Position numbers and translations under genes: made by a program. Under the pieces are notes generated by a model. It made no database searches, was not told the origin of the DNA, and was given only the letters and a program-made list of their open reading frames with translations. A stretch of 64,000 nucleotides of DNA from Candidatus Pelearchaeum maunauluense (GTDB lineage Archaea > Thermoproteota > Nitrososphaeria_A > Caldarchaeales > Caldarchaeaceae), in contig JANVYQ010000001.1 in the NCBI GenBank assembly GCA_030059675.1, positions 224,001 through 288,000 on the forward strand, given 5' to 3'. Shown piece by piece: positions 30,420 to 40,252 of the stretch (positions are counted from its first letter, which is position 1; the number at the start of each line of letters is the position of its first letter).

Positions 30420-31229
30420 ATGGATTGGAGTAAGATTGTTGATTGGTCTAATGTCAGGGTTTACGACCTTTCCCAGCCAACTAGCTGGAGGCAGCCACCC
30501 TTTATGTGGTATCCGCCGATGAAGGTTTATTGGATTAAGCATCTGGGCGAGCATGGAGTTAACGCACAATTCATAGAGACCTCCCTCCACTTCGGAACAC
30601 ATTTCGACGGCCAAGCACACTTCGTTACAGGCGGTAGGGACATAGCCAGCCTACCTCTCGAAGATTACCTAGTCGGCGAGGGTGTTGTTGTGGATATAAG
30701 CCCATACGTGGGTGATTACGACATCTATACTGTTGATACGCTCAAGCAGGCTGCGAAGGATGGAGGTGTGGAGATAAAGAAGGGAGACATCCTCATAATA
30801 CATACTGGCTATCACCGCTATGCTTGGTGTGGTGAGGAGCCTGATGAGGTGCGCTACATGGTTAAGCACCCAGGCCCAGATGTGCGCTTCGCCAAGTGGT
30901 GTCTGGAGATGAAGTTTAAGTGGCTTGGTGTGGATGCAATCTCACAAGACCACCCGCTTAACACCGTGATAAGGAGAGCCCGCCCAGACCTGGTAGCTGA
31001 GGCTGAGAAGAAGTGGGGCAAGAAGATAGATGAGCTTATGCCCTGGCCAGAGAACTACCAAGTAATGCACACTATGCTCTTCCCACACCTCATACTCCAC
31101 GCCGAGAACCTAGGCGGCGATATAAAGAAGGTTCTCAACAGACGTGCAATAATAGGGGCTTTCCCCTTCAAGTTCCAAGACGGGGAATCGGCATTCGCGC
31201 GTATCGTCGCATTTGTCAGCGAAAAATAA
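30420..31229 (+). CDS. Cyclase / kynurenine formamidase-family metal hydrolase
   Basis: HFGTHFDGQAHF, GDILIIHTG, GVDAIS.DH, HAENL. Confidence 0.9.
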   Translation: MDWSKIVDWSNVRVYDLSQPTSWRQPPFMWYPPMKVYWIKHLGEHGVNAQFIETSLHFGTHFDGQAHFVTGGRDIASLPLEDYLVGEGVVVDISPYVGDYDIYTVDTLKQAAKDGGVEIKKGDILIIHTGYHRYAWCGEEPDEVRYMVKHPGPDVRFAKWCLEMKFKWLGVDAISQDHPLNTVIRRARPDLVAEAEKKWGKKIDELMPWPENYQVMHTMLFPHLILHAENLGGDIKKVLNRRAIIGAFPFKFQDGESAFARIVAFVSEK

Positions 31230-31231
31230 CA

Positions 31232-32104
31232 TCAACAATTTATTTGACGTAGAACTCTCTCTATTAGATTCTCCCGCCTACTCAGCGCCGCCAGGGCTGT
31301 CAAAACCCCTAGTGAGATGTCTATCCCAGAGTTGTGTCCGCGCTGCGCCAAAGCTAGAATACAATCCATAAATCCCTCACCATCTTCATCATGTATTGAT
31401 ATTAGCAGACTGGCCAGCGTCTCATCAACAATCCCGTGTTGGGCATAGTCTATGAGTAGGGCGCTGGCCCAGCTGGTATATTTTAGGAGAGTGTTTCTAT
31501 CTATTGTTATCTTATGTTTTGTTAGTGCGTTTATTGTGGTGAGGAAGCCTGCTATGAAGTCGTCGCCTGATGGTGTGAATCCCCCTCCAAGCCCAAGTAG
31601 AGGTGTGTAGTTGTCCAGTTTGCTGGCTGTTTGGGTATTTCCGCGTGAGAGTGGAGTGATTACATTCTGTATGAATTGCTTAAACTCGTGTGTTGCTGGT
31701 AGCTGTATGGGGTTTTGTGATGTTTCGTAAAGTAGGCTGAGCATAAAGGCTGCTTCCGTGATATAATCTTCCAACGACGTAAAGCTTGGCTCACCACTAA
31801 AAATGGGAATGCTCGGCTCATACACGTAAGCCCCACGCAGCTCAATCTCCACATTACCTAGGAAGAGCTTGTCATCTATCCTCTTTAGAGAATCACCAAC
31901 ATTTACCCACGCTTTGAGAGACGCCTGCAACTCTCGCAGGCCTATGTTTATGGGTGCTCGCGGACTTTTCCGCGATATTACCAGAAGCTCGCTGTCTTTC
32001 TCTATGTAGATTGTGTTTTTGAATACGTGCTTAACTATTCCAGTTTCTCCGTTTTGTAGGTTTTTGAGGGCTAGTGAGCCTATATAGCTGGCGGCTAGCC
32101 TCAT
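31232..32104 (-). CDS. DUF2877 protein (AllH/YlbF-like oxamate transcarbamylase subunit)
   Basis: LLGLGGGFTPSGDDFIAG and GHNSG.D..LG signature. Confidence 0.85.
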   Translation of the reverse strand: MRLAASYIGSLALKNLQNGETGIVKHVFKNTIYIEKDSELLVISRKSPRAPINIGLRELQASLKAWVNVGDSLKRIDDKLFLGNVEIELRGAYVYEPSIPIFSGEPSFTSLEDYITEAAFMLSLLYETSQNPIQLPATHEFKQFIQNVITPLSRGNTQTASKLDNYTPLLGLGGGFTPSGDDFIAGFLTTINALTKHKITIDRNTLLKYTSWASALLIDYAQHGIVDETLASLLISIHDEDGEGFMDCILALAQRGHNSGIDISLGVLTALAALSRRENLIERVLRQINC

Positions 32105-33363
32105 AGTTTGTACTTCTCCGCGTAGCTGCGGAGAGCGTCGCGGAACATCTCTATTGGGAGGCTCACTATGCCAGCGCCTATCTGGCCAACTCCAGCCTGC
32201 TTATGCGCTATCCCAGTGTTAATCGTGGGCGTAATCCCAGTCTTCAAAACCTTCCTAATATCAACACCTGTGGGTGTTCCCTGGAAGTTGAGGTAGGGTA
32301 TCTGGAAATACTTGTGCTTTGTGTATGTTATCTCGTACATTTTTTGAGTTGTCTCTATTGCTAGCTTCACGCTCCCGCCTACCCACGAGACTATCGCTGG
32401 CGCCGCGGCCATCGCGAAGCCTCCGAAGCCTGCTGTCTCGGTTATCGCGCTGTCGCCCAAATCTGGGTTCGCATCGGCGTCACTGAAGCCTGGGAACAAT
32501 ACGCCGCGCGGTATGGGCGCTGGGGCGGTGAACCACTTATCACCAAGCCCGCTCACCCAAATACCTGTATCAGTACCATTACGCGACATAACCGTAACTA
32601 TTGTGCTGTGCTCTATGTTGTGCGCTGCTAGCGTCATGGCTTTCGCCGCTGCCATGCCTAGATTGAGCGCTGTGAAGTTGTTAGCATTCATGAAGCTGTA
32701 TGCTTCCCTCACCATGTTTGTATCCACTCCACAGCGCATCATGTAGGGCGTTATCTCGCGTAGTAGTAGTGATGTGGCCGCAACATAGCGGTTGTGGCAG
32801 TCATCACCCATCTGGAGAGCCTGCGCTATTATAGGCTTGAGAGCAACACCACCCCTATCGCTAACCACCTCGCGTATAGTAGCTTCAAGAACTGGATAAA
32901 GCACGTCGGACATCCACCTAAGCCTATCCAGAACCTCTTTATCATAAGCGCCGTACCTGAGGACCTTACCTATTCCTTCGTTGAGGTTTGAGTATGTTTT
33001 GTTTCCCCAGCGGCGGTCGTGTATCTCATAAACGGGCATGCTGGGTGAGATTATGCCGCACATGGGGCCGACTGCGTTGTGGTGGTGTGTGGGCTCCAGC
33101 TTGACCTGGCCGTTCTTCACCAGCTTCTCAGCCTCTTCCTGCGTTGTTGCCCAGCCCTCGTAGATTATCGCTCCTATAACGGCGCCGCGCATGGGGCCGC
33201 TGGCGCGCTCCCACTCAAGCGGAGGCCCAGCATGAAGAAGCAAATACTCGCGCATCCCAGGAATCTTATCACGCGCAAGTCCAACCCCAACCCACACAGG
33301 GTCGGACTCCATCATCCGCTCAACAGCCTCGCCGTTGGCCTTCTCAACCTCCTCCCTAACCAT
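32101..33363 (-). CDS. DUF1116 protein (AllG/YlbE-like oxamate transcarbamylase subunit)
   Basis: LLHAGPP, NEGIGKVLRYGA, MGDDCHNR, MSRNGT, DLGDSAITET.GFGG, INTGIAHK.AGVGQIGAG. Confidence 0.92.
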   Translation of the reverse strand: MVREEVEKANGEAVERMMESDPVWVGVGLARDKIPGMREYLLLHAGPPLEWERASGPMRGAVIGAIIYEGWATTQEEAEKLVKNGQVKLEPTHHHNAVGPMCGIISPSMPVYEIHDRRWGNKTYSNLNEGIGKVLRYGAYDKEVLDRLRWMSDVLYPVLEATIREVVSDRGGVALKPIIAQALQMGDDCHNRYVAATSLLLREITPYMMRCGVDTNMVREAYSFMNANNFTALNLGMAAAKAMTLAAHNIEHSTIVTVMSRNGTDTGIWVSGLGDKWFTAPAPIPRGVLFPGFSDADANPDLGDSAITETAGFGGFAMAAAPAIVSWVGGSVKLAIETTQKMYEITYTKHKYFQIPYLNFQGTPTGVDIRKVLKTGITPTINTGIAHKQAGVGQIGAGIVSLPIEMFRDALRSYAEKYKL

Positions 33364-33436
33364 ATCCCAAAATCCACGAATGTCCTACACTATTAAGTTG
33401 ATTACCAGCCAGAAAACACTCTATCAGGAGAAGCTT

Positions 33437-34060
33437 ATGGCAGCAAGGCATAAAGACCCACATTATCTATTTCTGCTTTTCCTAAGCATTCCCATGTTTA
33501 TCTGGTATGATAAACAGGCTCTAACAGCCCTCCAAAACATGGCCATCGACAAATCGGGTAATGCTGTATTTCTGAGTGAAAATCAGGTTATTTATCCATT
33601 CACCTATGCTGGCGCTCTCCTAACGATATTAGGCATTACCAGCCTGATGGCGCGTAGGTATGGTTTCAGCATAAGTAATTTGATTGTAAGTCTACTCTTG
33701 GGTAGGGCTGTTGCGGGTGCTCTAATCGTGGTTTATGAGCAAATATTCACTCTGTTGGGCAGTATCGTGTGGAAGGAGAACGTATGGCTGCTATATTATG
33801 GGGATATTGAGACTTTACTATGGAATGCGGCGAAGGTAGGTTTTCTAATAACACTATTACCCCACATAAACCCAAACATGAAATACTACACCACACTCAT
33901 ACTAGCTACATACTTCATACTCATGATTTCATGGATGGCTTTGGGAATGAGGCCACCACATCAAGACGCCCTGAACTATGCATTAAATGCGACAACACGG
34001 CTCTTGCTACATGCTGTGCCTTTAACATTATTACTACGGGGGCGGGGATTCCAAGCTTAG
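33437..34060 (+). CDS. Hypothetical multi-pass membrane protein
   Basis: About 6 hydrophobic segments; AT-richer than neighbours; start placed at ATG 33437, after GGAG. Confidence 0.6.
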   Translation: MAARHKDPHYLFLLFLSIPMFIWYDKQALTALQNMAIDKSGNAVFLSENQVIYPFTYAGALLTILGITSLMARRYGFSISNLIVSLLLGRAVAGALIVVYEQIFTLLGSIVWKENVWLLYYGDIETLLWNAAKVGFLITLLPHINPNMKYYTTLILATYFILMISWMALGMRPPHQDALNYALNATTRLLLHAVPLTLLLRGRGFQA

Positions 34061-34131
34061 GAGTCTATTCTCATGACGTTTTATGCTCTTATTGGAGACT
34101 ATATAAGTTGTTGCATACTTCTGACTAGCTG

Positions 34132-35754
34132 ATGTTTACTCGTAACGTTGTGAAGAGGAATTTCTTTAGGGATTCTCTCCAGCTTATGCGCATCTCTGAG
34201 GAGGCTAGGAAGATTCCAGGCGTGTTGGATGCGGCTGTTGTTATGGGGACTTGGACGAATAAGGAGGTTCTCCGTCGTCTTGGCATGCTCACAGGCGAGG
34301 GTGAGGCTGCTTCTGAGAATGATATGATACTCGCTCTGAAGGTGGAGGACGAGTCTAGGCTTGGCGACGCTATCTCGGCTGTTGAGGAGATGCTGCTTAA
34401 GACGGTTGAGGTGTCTGGGGAGCAGGAGCAGCGCTACTTCAGCGTTGAGTCAGCGCTTGAAGCCATGCCAGACGCCAACCTGGCGGTGGTCTCGGTTCCA
34501 GGCGAGTATGCCCGCGAGGTTGCTATGCGCTTCCTAGAGCGCGGGGTTCATGTGCATCTCTTCAGCGACCACGTGCCTATAGAGCACGAGGTTGAGCTTA
34601 AGCGCTACGCCGCTGAGTGCGGTCTTCTCGTCCTAGGGCCTGGTGCTGGGACCTCAATAATCAACGGCAGGGCTATAGCGTTTGCTAATGTTGTGAGGCG
34701 TGGGGAGGTTGGTATCGTTGCCGCCGCTGGGACTGGCCTGCAGGAGGTTAGCGTGTTGCTAGATAGAATTGGGCTTGGTGTTTCACAGGGGCTTGGGATA
34801 GGTGGGAACGATGTTAAGAGCGCCGTGGGTGGTATAATGGCTGTTGAGTGTATAAAGGCGTTGGAGGCTGATGCCGAGACGAGGCTGATTATGCTGGTCT
34901 CAAAGCCTCCCGATAGGGATGTTATGGAGAGGATAACGCGCTTCATAGCTGAGGAGACCCGTAAGCCATTCGTAGTCTGTTTTCTAGGCGAAACTGAGTA
35001 TAAGCCGCTAAAACGAATAGCGCGGCGCGTAAGCTCTGCTCGCGGCCTGCATGCCGCAGTCCTAGACGCGGCGAGGAAGCTAAACCCCAAATCATTCAAC
35101 GCTGCGCGTAGGAAAATCACAATAAGCCAGACGGAGCTATCAAAGCTAGCTGCACGTCTGGCCAAGAACCTCAAGCCTGGCCAGCGCCACGTAAGGGCGC
35201 TCTACACAGGTGGGACACTCATGTACGAGGCACTGCTAATCTACCGCGAGCTGATAGGCGACGTTTATAGCAACGCCCCCCTCAACGAGGAGATGAGGCT
35301 CCCAGACCCCTACAAGAGCGTGGGCGACGCTGTGATAGATTTGGGCGAGGAGGAGTTTACGGCTGGCCGTGCCCATCCCATGATTGACCCGACGATTAGG
35401 AGGTTGAGGCTTGTTGATGAGGCCCGCGACCCTTCTGTTGCTGTTGTTTTGATGGATTTTATGCTTGGCTATGGCGCTCACCGCGACCCTGCTGGGGCTA
35501 TGCTTGAGGCCATTCGCGAGGCTCGCGGGATAGCTTCCGCGGAGGGTAGGGAGCTGGTGGTTATGGGGCATGTGTGCGGCACAGAAGCAGACCCGCAGGG
35601 GCTGCGTGAGCAAGAGGAGAAGCTACGCAGCGTGGGCGTGGAGATATTCCCAACAAACGCCCTCATGGTTATCGCCTCCGCTCTAGTTGCGCGGCGCGGG
35701 AAAATCAATAAAACAAAGCTCCGAAAAGTATGCCGGAGCTTCCTACGGATGTGA
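34132..35754 (+). CDS. fdrA: FdrA (AllF-like) acyl-CoA synthetase-like protein
   Basis: FRDSLQLM, ANLAVVSVPGEYA, HLFSDHV, GTGLQEV, LYTGGTL, DLGEEEFT.GRAHPMIDP, VCGTEADPQ. Confidence 0.92.
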   Translation: MFTRNVVKRNFFRDSLQLMRISEEARKIPGVLDAAVVMGTWTNKEVLRRLGMLTGEGEAASENDMILALKVEDESRLGDAISAVEEMLLKTVEVSGEQEQRYFSVESALEAMPDANLAVVSVPGEYAREVAMRFLERGVHVHLFSDHVPIEHEVELKRYAAECGLLVLGPGAGTSIINGRAIAFANVVRRGEVGIVAAAGTGLQEVSVLLDRIGLGVSQGLGIGGNDVKSAVGGIMAVECIKALEADAETRLIMLVSKPPDRDVMERITRFIAEETRKPFVVCFLGETEYKPLKRIARRVSSARGLHAAVLDAARKLNPKSFNAARRKITISQTELSKLAARLAKNLKPGQRHVRALYTGGTLMYEALLIYRELIGDVYSNAPLNEEMRLPDPYKSVGDAVIDLGEEEFTAGRAHPMIDPTIRRLRLVDEARDPSVAVVLMDFMLGYGAHRDPAGAMLEAIREARGIASAEGRELVVMGHVCGTEADPQGLREQEEKLRSVGVEIFPTNALMVIASALVARRGKINKTKLRKVCRSFLRM

Positions 35755-35762
35755 AAAAGGCC

Positions 35763-35939
35763 ATGAAGGAGAGTAAAACTCTGAAGCTGTTCCGCTCAGA
35801 GCTTAAGGTAATCAATGTGGGGCTTGAGACGTTTTACGAGGCGTTGAAAGCGCAGGATGTAGCTGCTATTCATGTGAGCTGGCAACCACCGCCAAAGCTG
35901 GAGAAAGAGCTGCGCGATGTGCTGGACAAACTAATCTAA
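35763..35939 (+). CDS. Small FdrA C-terminal-like protein (split subunit)
   Basis: VINVGLETFYEALKAQ...VSWQPP matches the FdrA C-terminal module. Confidence 0.75.
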   Translation: MKESKTLKLFRSELKVINVGLETFYEALKAQDVAAIHVSWQPPPKLEKELRDVLDKLI

Positions 35940-37352
35940 AGCTGGCGGCGCCATGTCTAGGTTTAGACTCTTCTCCAAACCATAAGCAAGCTGGAGGACC
36001 GTCTGCTCATCAAAGGGACGACCTGCCAGCTGCACCGCTACGGGGAGATTACCATCCGCGAGCCCTGCGGGCAGGGTGATTGCTGGGACTCCCGTGATGT
36101 TGTATAGTATTGTAAGGTTTGTGAGCGCCGTGTATATGTCGATGGTCTCCCCGTTTAGCTTTACTTCGGTCTCGCCTATCTTCGGCGCTGGTATGGCTGT
36201 TGTGGGCGAGATTATGGCATGGTGCCTGTCTAGTATTCTCAGCAGCTCTTCGCGAATCTCTATGCGGAGGCGCTGCGCCTTGACATAATCCACTAAGCTC
36301 ATAGACCTGCCCCGCTCCAGCATTCTGCGCACATCCTCGCCATAGTCGGCGGCTCTCTCACGGAGCCACTCATCATGAAACACGGCTGCCTCGCCAAGCC
36401 TAATCGGCGCCCAGCACCACCTCACCCTATCAGCATAGCGGAAATCCAGCTCCACACACTCCACACCAAGCCCCCCAAGCACATCAATAGCACGTGAAAA
36501 CGCCCTAGCAACGCTCCTATGCAGGTTGTCTAGGTATAGGTTCCTCAGAACGCACACCCTATATCCCTTCAAGTCTCTTTCTAGATTTGCTGGGTAGTCT
36601 GGCAGGTCTGCAAAGACACTTGCGTCATCCCTCTGGTCATAGCCAGCTATTGCTTTTAGGACTATGGCGGCGTCTTCCACGCTTCTGGTGATGGGGCCTA
36701 CGTGGTCTAGGCTCCAGCTCAGCGGTATTACACCATGCTTGCTCACCCTCCCATAGCTTGGCTTAAGCCCAACCACGCCGCAGAGAGCTGCGGGTATCCT
36801 TATGGAGCCGCTGGTATCAGTTCCAAGCGATGCCCAGACCATAAACGCAGAAACCGAAGCGGCAGAACCGCCGCTTGAGCCGCCAGCGATACGCTCCAAA
36901 TCCCATGGATTACGAACAGCGCCAAAATGCGGATTCACGCTAGTAACACCAGAGGCAAACTCGTGTAGGTTGTTTGTTCCTATGATTATCGCTCCCGCTT
37001 CACGGAGTTTCTCAACAACAGCCGCATCCTGCTCCGCTATGTTGTTGCTCAAGATTTTTGAGCCAGCAGTACATTTAACGCCCCGTACCTGGATAATATC
37101 TTTAACCGATACTGGGACTCCATGAAGACTACCGCGGTAGATGCTATTCTTCAGCTCCCTCTCCAAAACCTCAGCCTGCTGTATAGCGTCTTCCTCAACG
37201 ACCGTGATGAACGAGTTTATCCTCTTGTCTATGCGCCTGATTCTCTCAAGAGATTTTGCAACCAGCTCGGTTGGTGTTATCTCTTGTGAGCGGATTCTCT
37301 CGGATAGCTGCGCTATGGATAGTCTGGTTATGTCTTGTGGCAACCCGACCAA
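35931..37352 (-). CDS. Amidase signature family enzyme (GatA/AtzE-like)
   Basis: LHGVPVSVKD, AGGSSGGSAA, GTDTSGSIRIPAALCGVVGLKPSYGRVS. Confidence 0.92.
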   Translation of the reverse strand: MVGLPQDITRLSIAQLSERIRSQEITPTELVAKSLERIRRIDKRINSFITVVEEDAIQQAEVLERELKNSIYRGSLHGVPVSVKDIIQVRGVKCTAGSKILSNNIAEQDAAVVEKLREAGAIIIGTNNLHEFASGVTSVNPHFGAVRNPWDLERIAGGSSGGSAASVSAFMVWASLGTDTSGSIRIPAALCGVVGLKPSYGRVSKHGVIPLSWSLDHVGPITRSVEDAAIVLKAIAGYDQRDDASVFADLPDYPANLERDLKGYRVCVLRNLYLDNLHRSVARAFSRAIDVLGGLGVECVELDFRYADRVRWCWAPIRLGEAAVFHDEWLRERAADYGEDVRRMLERGRSMSLVDYVKAQRLRIEIREELLRILDRHHAIISPTTAIPAPKIGETEVKLNGETIDIYTALTNLTILYNITGVPAITLPAGLADGNLPVAVQLAGRPFDEQTVLQLAYGLEKSLNLDMAPPALD

Positions 37353-37372
37353 CCGAAGTCTTATGGGGAATC

Positions 37373-38434
37373 TTAAACATTTGTCCTAACAAGCATAACC
37401 TCTTCATCTGGCGCGAGCATCCTGTTGGCAGCTATGTCTGCAATAGCGACGCAGTGTCCAGCCATCCTACGCATCTCACGCACAATCATCATAAGCGTAA
37501 CAGCCTTATTCACATCACCGACACTCTGCAAGGTTCTAACATTAATAGACTCCTCAAGCCCCTTCACCTTCACCATCATATCAGTAACCTGTAAAACTTT
37601 GTTGAAGTTCTTCTCAAGAAATGATTCAACCGCTAGCGACTGCATACGGTATACCTGCTCCGAGAGCGTTTCTATTAGGCGCAGCATGTCCTTGTCTTCT
37701 ATCTTTCTGCCATAGCGGTTGAAGTGTCTCGCTACGTACATGGCGTGGTAGATGAGGCGGCTGAGGTCGCGGGCAAATACCGCGTATGTGAGTAGCTCGC
37801 GTGTGTTGCTTACGCCGCTGCGGTATGCTGTCTCTGGGTTCATGCTGCACTGTGCTATATGTCTTATGATGCTTCTGTATATTCGTAATACTTCTGGCTC
37901 GCGGCTCACAACCTCTGCGGCGGCCTCAACATTCCCCTCAACAAGAGCCTTCACAGCATCGCGGTGAATCGTGAGCGCAACGTTATGTAAGCTGGTTATC
38001 ATATCATCAAGCTTTTTTTCCTCCTGCTGCTCAGACACTATGAAGACTACAGTCCTATCATCTTCCCGCGCAATATCTATGCCAGGGAGGTCCATACGTA
38101 CTTCTCTGAGCTGCCTCTTCCTATCTGCTGCTAGTGGTTCTGAAGACATTACAACTATCTCGTCTGCTCCCTGCATGTAGTATGTCCAGATGGCGTATCT
38201 TACTGAGCGCATGTTTCCGAGCTTGTCAAGGTCTATCTCCACCTTCCTCCTCTTCCCTATCACATCGCGCGCAACTATCTTCAACGCTGCGCCGTCCTCT
38301 GACATGAAGAGCTTAGAGCCCTTCCGAAGCCTCTGCTTCAAAACCCACCAACGCGGCAACGTTATAGTATAGCTCCCACCCTTAATCGCCTGCAAGTTCC
38401 TAACGCTCGGCCTAGATGGCACCGACTTACCCAC
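37373..38434 (-). CDS. AbrB-PhoU domain regulator (archaeal phosphate-uptake-regulator family)
   Basis: N-terminal GGSYTITLPRWWV AbrB motif, followed by two PhoU-like helical repeats. Confidence 0.82.
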   Translation of the reverse strand: MGKSVPSRPSVRNLQAIKGGSYTITLPRWWVLKQRLRKGSKLFMSEDGAALKIVARDVIGKRRKVEIDLDKLGNMRSVRYAIWTYYMQGADEIVVMSSEPLAADRKRQLREVRMDLPGIDIAREDDRTVVFIVSEQQEEKKLDDMITSLHNVALTIHRDAVKALVEGNVEAAAEVVSREPEVLRIYRSIIRHIAQCSMNPETAYRSGVSNTRELLTYAVFARDLSRLIYHAMYVARHFNRYGRKIEDKDMLRLIETLSEQVYRMQSLAVESFLEKNFNKVLQVTDMMVKVKGLEESINVRTLQSVGDVNKAVTLMMIVREMRRMAGHCVAIADIAANRMLAPDEEVMLVRTNV

Positions 38435-38717
38435 AGCGTCCTCCCAAACGAATACCCATAAACGAGCTAAATAAGCCTAGAACCATTTAGCCGATTACTA
38501 AATTATATTTTTAAATCATTACTTATAAAATACTTCAACAAAAACTATACATAAACTCCTGGAAAACACCCGTACAATTGTTAGGAACAGATTAGGTGAA
38601 AGTGGTTTCTTTTTGTGTTGGTTTTAATTTATATAATTAGCATATTATATGTATAGATTAACTCAAAACAATACATACCGAATAAAATTTATATACGTCC
38701 GTGAAGAACGGGAAATC

Positions 38718-39713
38718 ATGCAAATAGACCGAGAGGGTTCGGCTCCTAACATATTCCCTGGCAACTGGGATGTAGTTACTCAGGAGCTACTGAAGACCTA
38801 TGAGGCTTGGTTTAAGCAGAACTGGGGGCCTGTTGAGCTTCCCTGGGACGAGCTGGACAGGAAGAACTTTGACGACAACGAGGCTGTGGCGCAGGCTTAC
38901 TGGATGGCCAAGCTCGCGCTCTTTGAGAAGTCTGGGATAGGTGCTTTTAGCCTCGCCACGCTACAAGCTGCGCGCTACAACATGGAGGACCCGACCAAGA
39001 AGTTCCTCGCAGGAGTAACGTATGACGAGTGTAGGCATGATGAGATATGCCGCCGCGCATGTAGCAGGCTCTGCCCAGGCTTCCCATACAAGTTCAAGCC
39101 CAAGAACACCCTTGAGGAGAAGGCTCTCAGGAACATTCAAATACTATACGATAATGCGCGCCGATATTGGAGCGCCTTTGAGCAGGCATGGCAGAAGTAC
39201 CCGCTTGAGCTGATATTCTCAAGCTTCTTCTTCGCCGAGATAGGTGCTCAGCTAATCTTCAAGCAGGTTGCGGAGAAGTCTAGGCTCTCAGTCTATAGGC
39301 AGGCTTTCTCCAACATAACGAAGGATGAGTCGCGGCATCTGGCTGGAACTTTGGCGCTTCTTGAGAGGCTGGCTAGTGAAATGCCGAAGGAGCAGAAGCT
39401 CATGATAACACGCCAGATGAAGCATGGTTTCATCTACCTCTCGCCGCTCCTATACCGCCCCATGCACGAGTTCTGGCGACTTCCAGACGACTTCTATGAA
39501 TGGGACAGGAAGCTAGAAGAGATAGCCGCTGACGCTGGTCTCGGAGTCCCCACACTTGAGGAGAAGAGCGAGAAATGGTATCAGGCTATACAGCTGCATA
39601 GAAAGAGGCTCGAAGACCTAGGCATCCCAGTGCCAGCAATCAAAGAAGTAGGTGTTGACGGCGTTGAGATATCCGTGAAGAAGGACGACAACATCATAGC
39701 CACACCACTATAA
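38718..39713 (+). CDS. Ferritin-like di-iron protein (AurF/oxygenase-like)
   Basis: Ligand pattern E(LFEKS)..DECRH..E(FAEIG)..DESRH; start placed at ATG 38718 (the ORF opens at 38649). Confidence 0.75.
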   Translation: MQIDREGSAPNIFPGNWDVVTQELLKTYEAWFKQNWGPVELPWDELDRKNFDDNEAVAQAYWMAKLALFEKSGIGAFSLATLQAARYNMEDPTKKFLAGVTYDECRHDEICRRACSRLCPGFPYKFKPKNTLEEKALRNIQILYDNARRYWSAFEQAWQKYPLELIFSSFFFAEIGAQLIFKQVAEKSRLSVYRQAFSNITKDESRHLAGTLALLERLASEMPKEQKLMITRQMKHGFIYLSPLLYRPMHEFWRLPDDFYEWDRKLEEIAADAGLGVPTLEEKSEKWYQAIQLHRKRLEDLGIPVPAIKEVGVDGVEISVKKDDNIIATPL

Positions 39714-39826
39714 TCCATTAATTCCAGCGTCTTTCAAATATATTTGGTATGATTTTTTACGTCAAAAAATCGTGTAGGAGCGGGTCGTTATTATAACTTA
39801 TATTGTACAGCTAGGCATTATAGCTT

Positions 39827-40252
39827 TTGGTATTTATGGTATTGCTTAGTCTTCCCCACTATTTACGCGAGATTATGTCATCACCAGTTATTTGTGTTGA
39901 TGAAGATTCTGCTGTTGGTGAGGCTCTTCAAGTTATGAATGGGCATAATATTGGTTCTGTTGTGGTTTTGCGTATTGGTGTGCCTGTTGGGATGCTGACT
40001 GAGCGCGATATACTCAGAGGGCTGGTAATCTATAAGGGCTTGCCAGAGCTGAAAGTGAGTAAGCTTATGTCAAGCCCCTTGATAACATGCTCACCCGAAA
40101 CACCTATACTCAAAGCATTTGCGCTAATGCATGAACACCATATAAGGCGGCTTCCCGTAATGGATGGAGATAAGCTGGTGGGCATAGTAACCGAGAGGGA
40201 CATAATATACTGGATGCTTAAGCTGGTAGGCTATGGTGAGAAGAGACATTAG
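39827..40252 (+). CDS. CBS-pair domain protein, paralogue of 14934..15350
   Basis: Shares IMSSPVI, LITC.P.TPIL.AF..MHE..IRRLPV and YW.LKLVGY with the earlier gene. Confidence 0.88.
   Translation: MVFMVLLSLPHYLREIMSSPVICVDEDSAVGEALQVMNGHNIGSVVVLRIGVPVGMLTERDILRGLVIYKGLPELKVSKLMSSPLITCSPETPILKAFALMHEHHIRRLPVMDGDKLVGIVTERDIIYWMLKLVGYGEKRH

Noticed and set aside
35931-37352. Assignment as gatA
   Set aside because: No gatB or gatC is adjacent and the context is catabolic; only the general amidase signature is supported.
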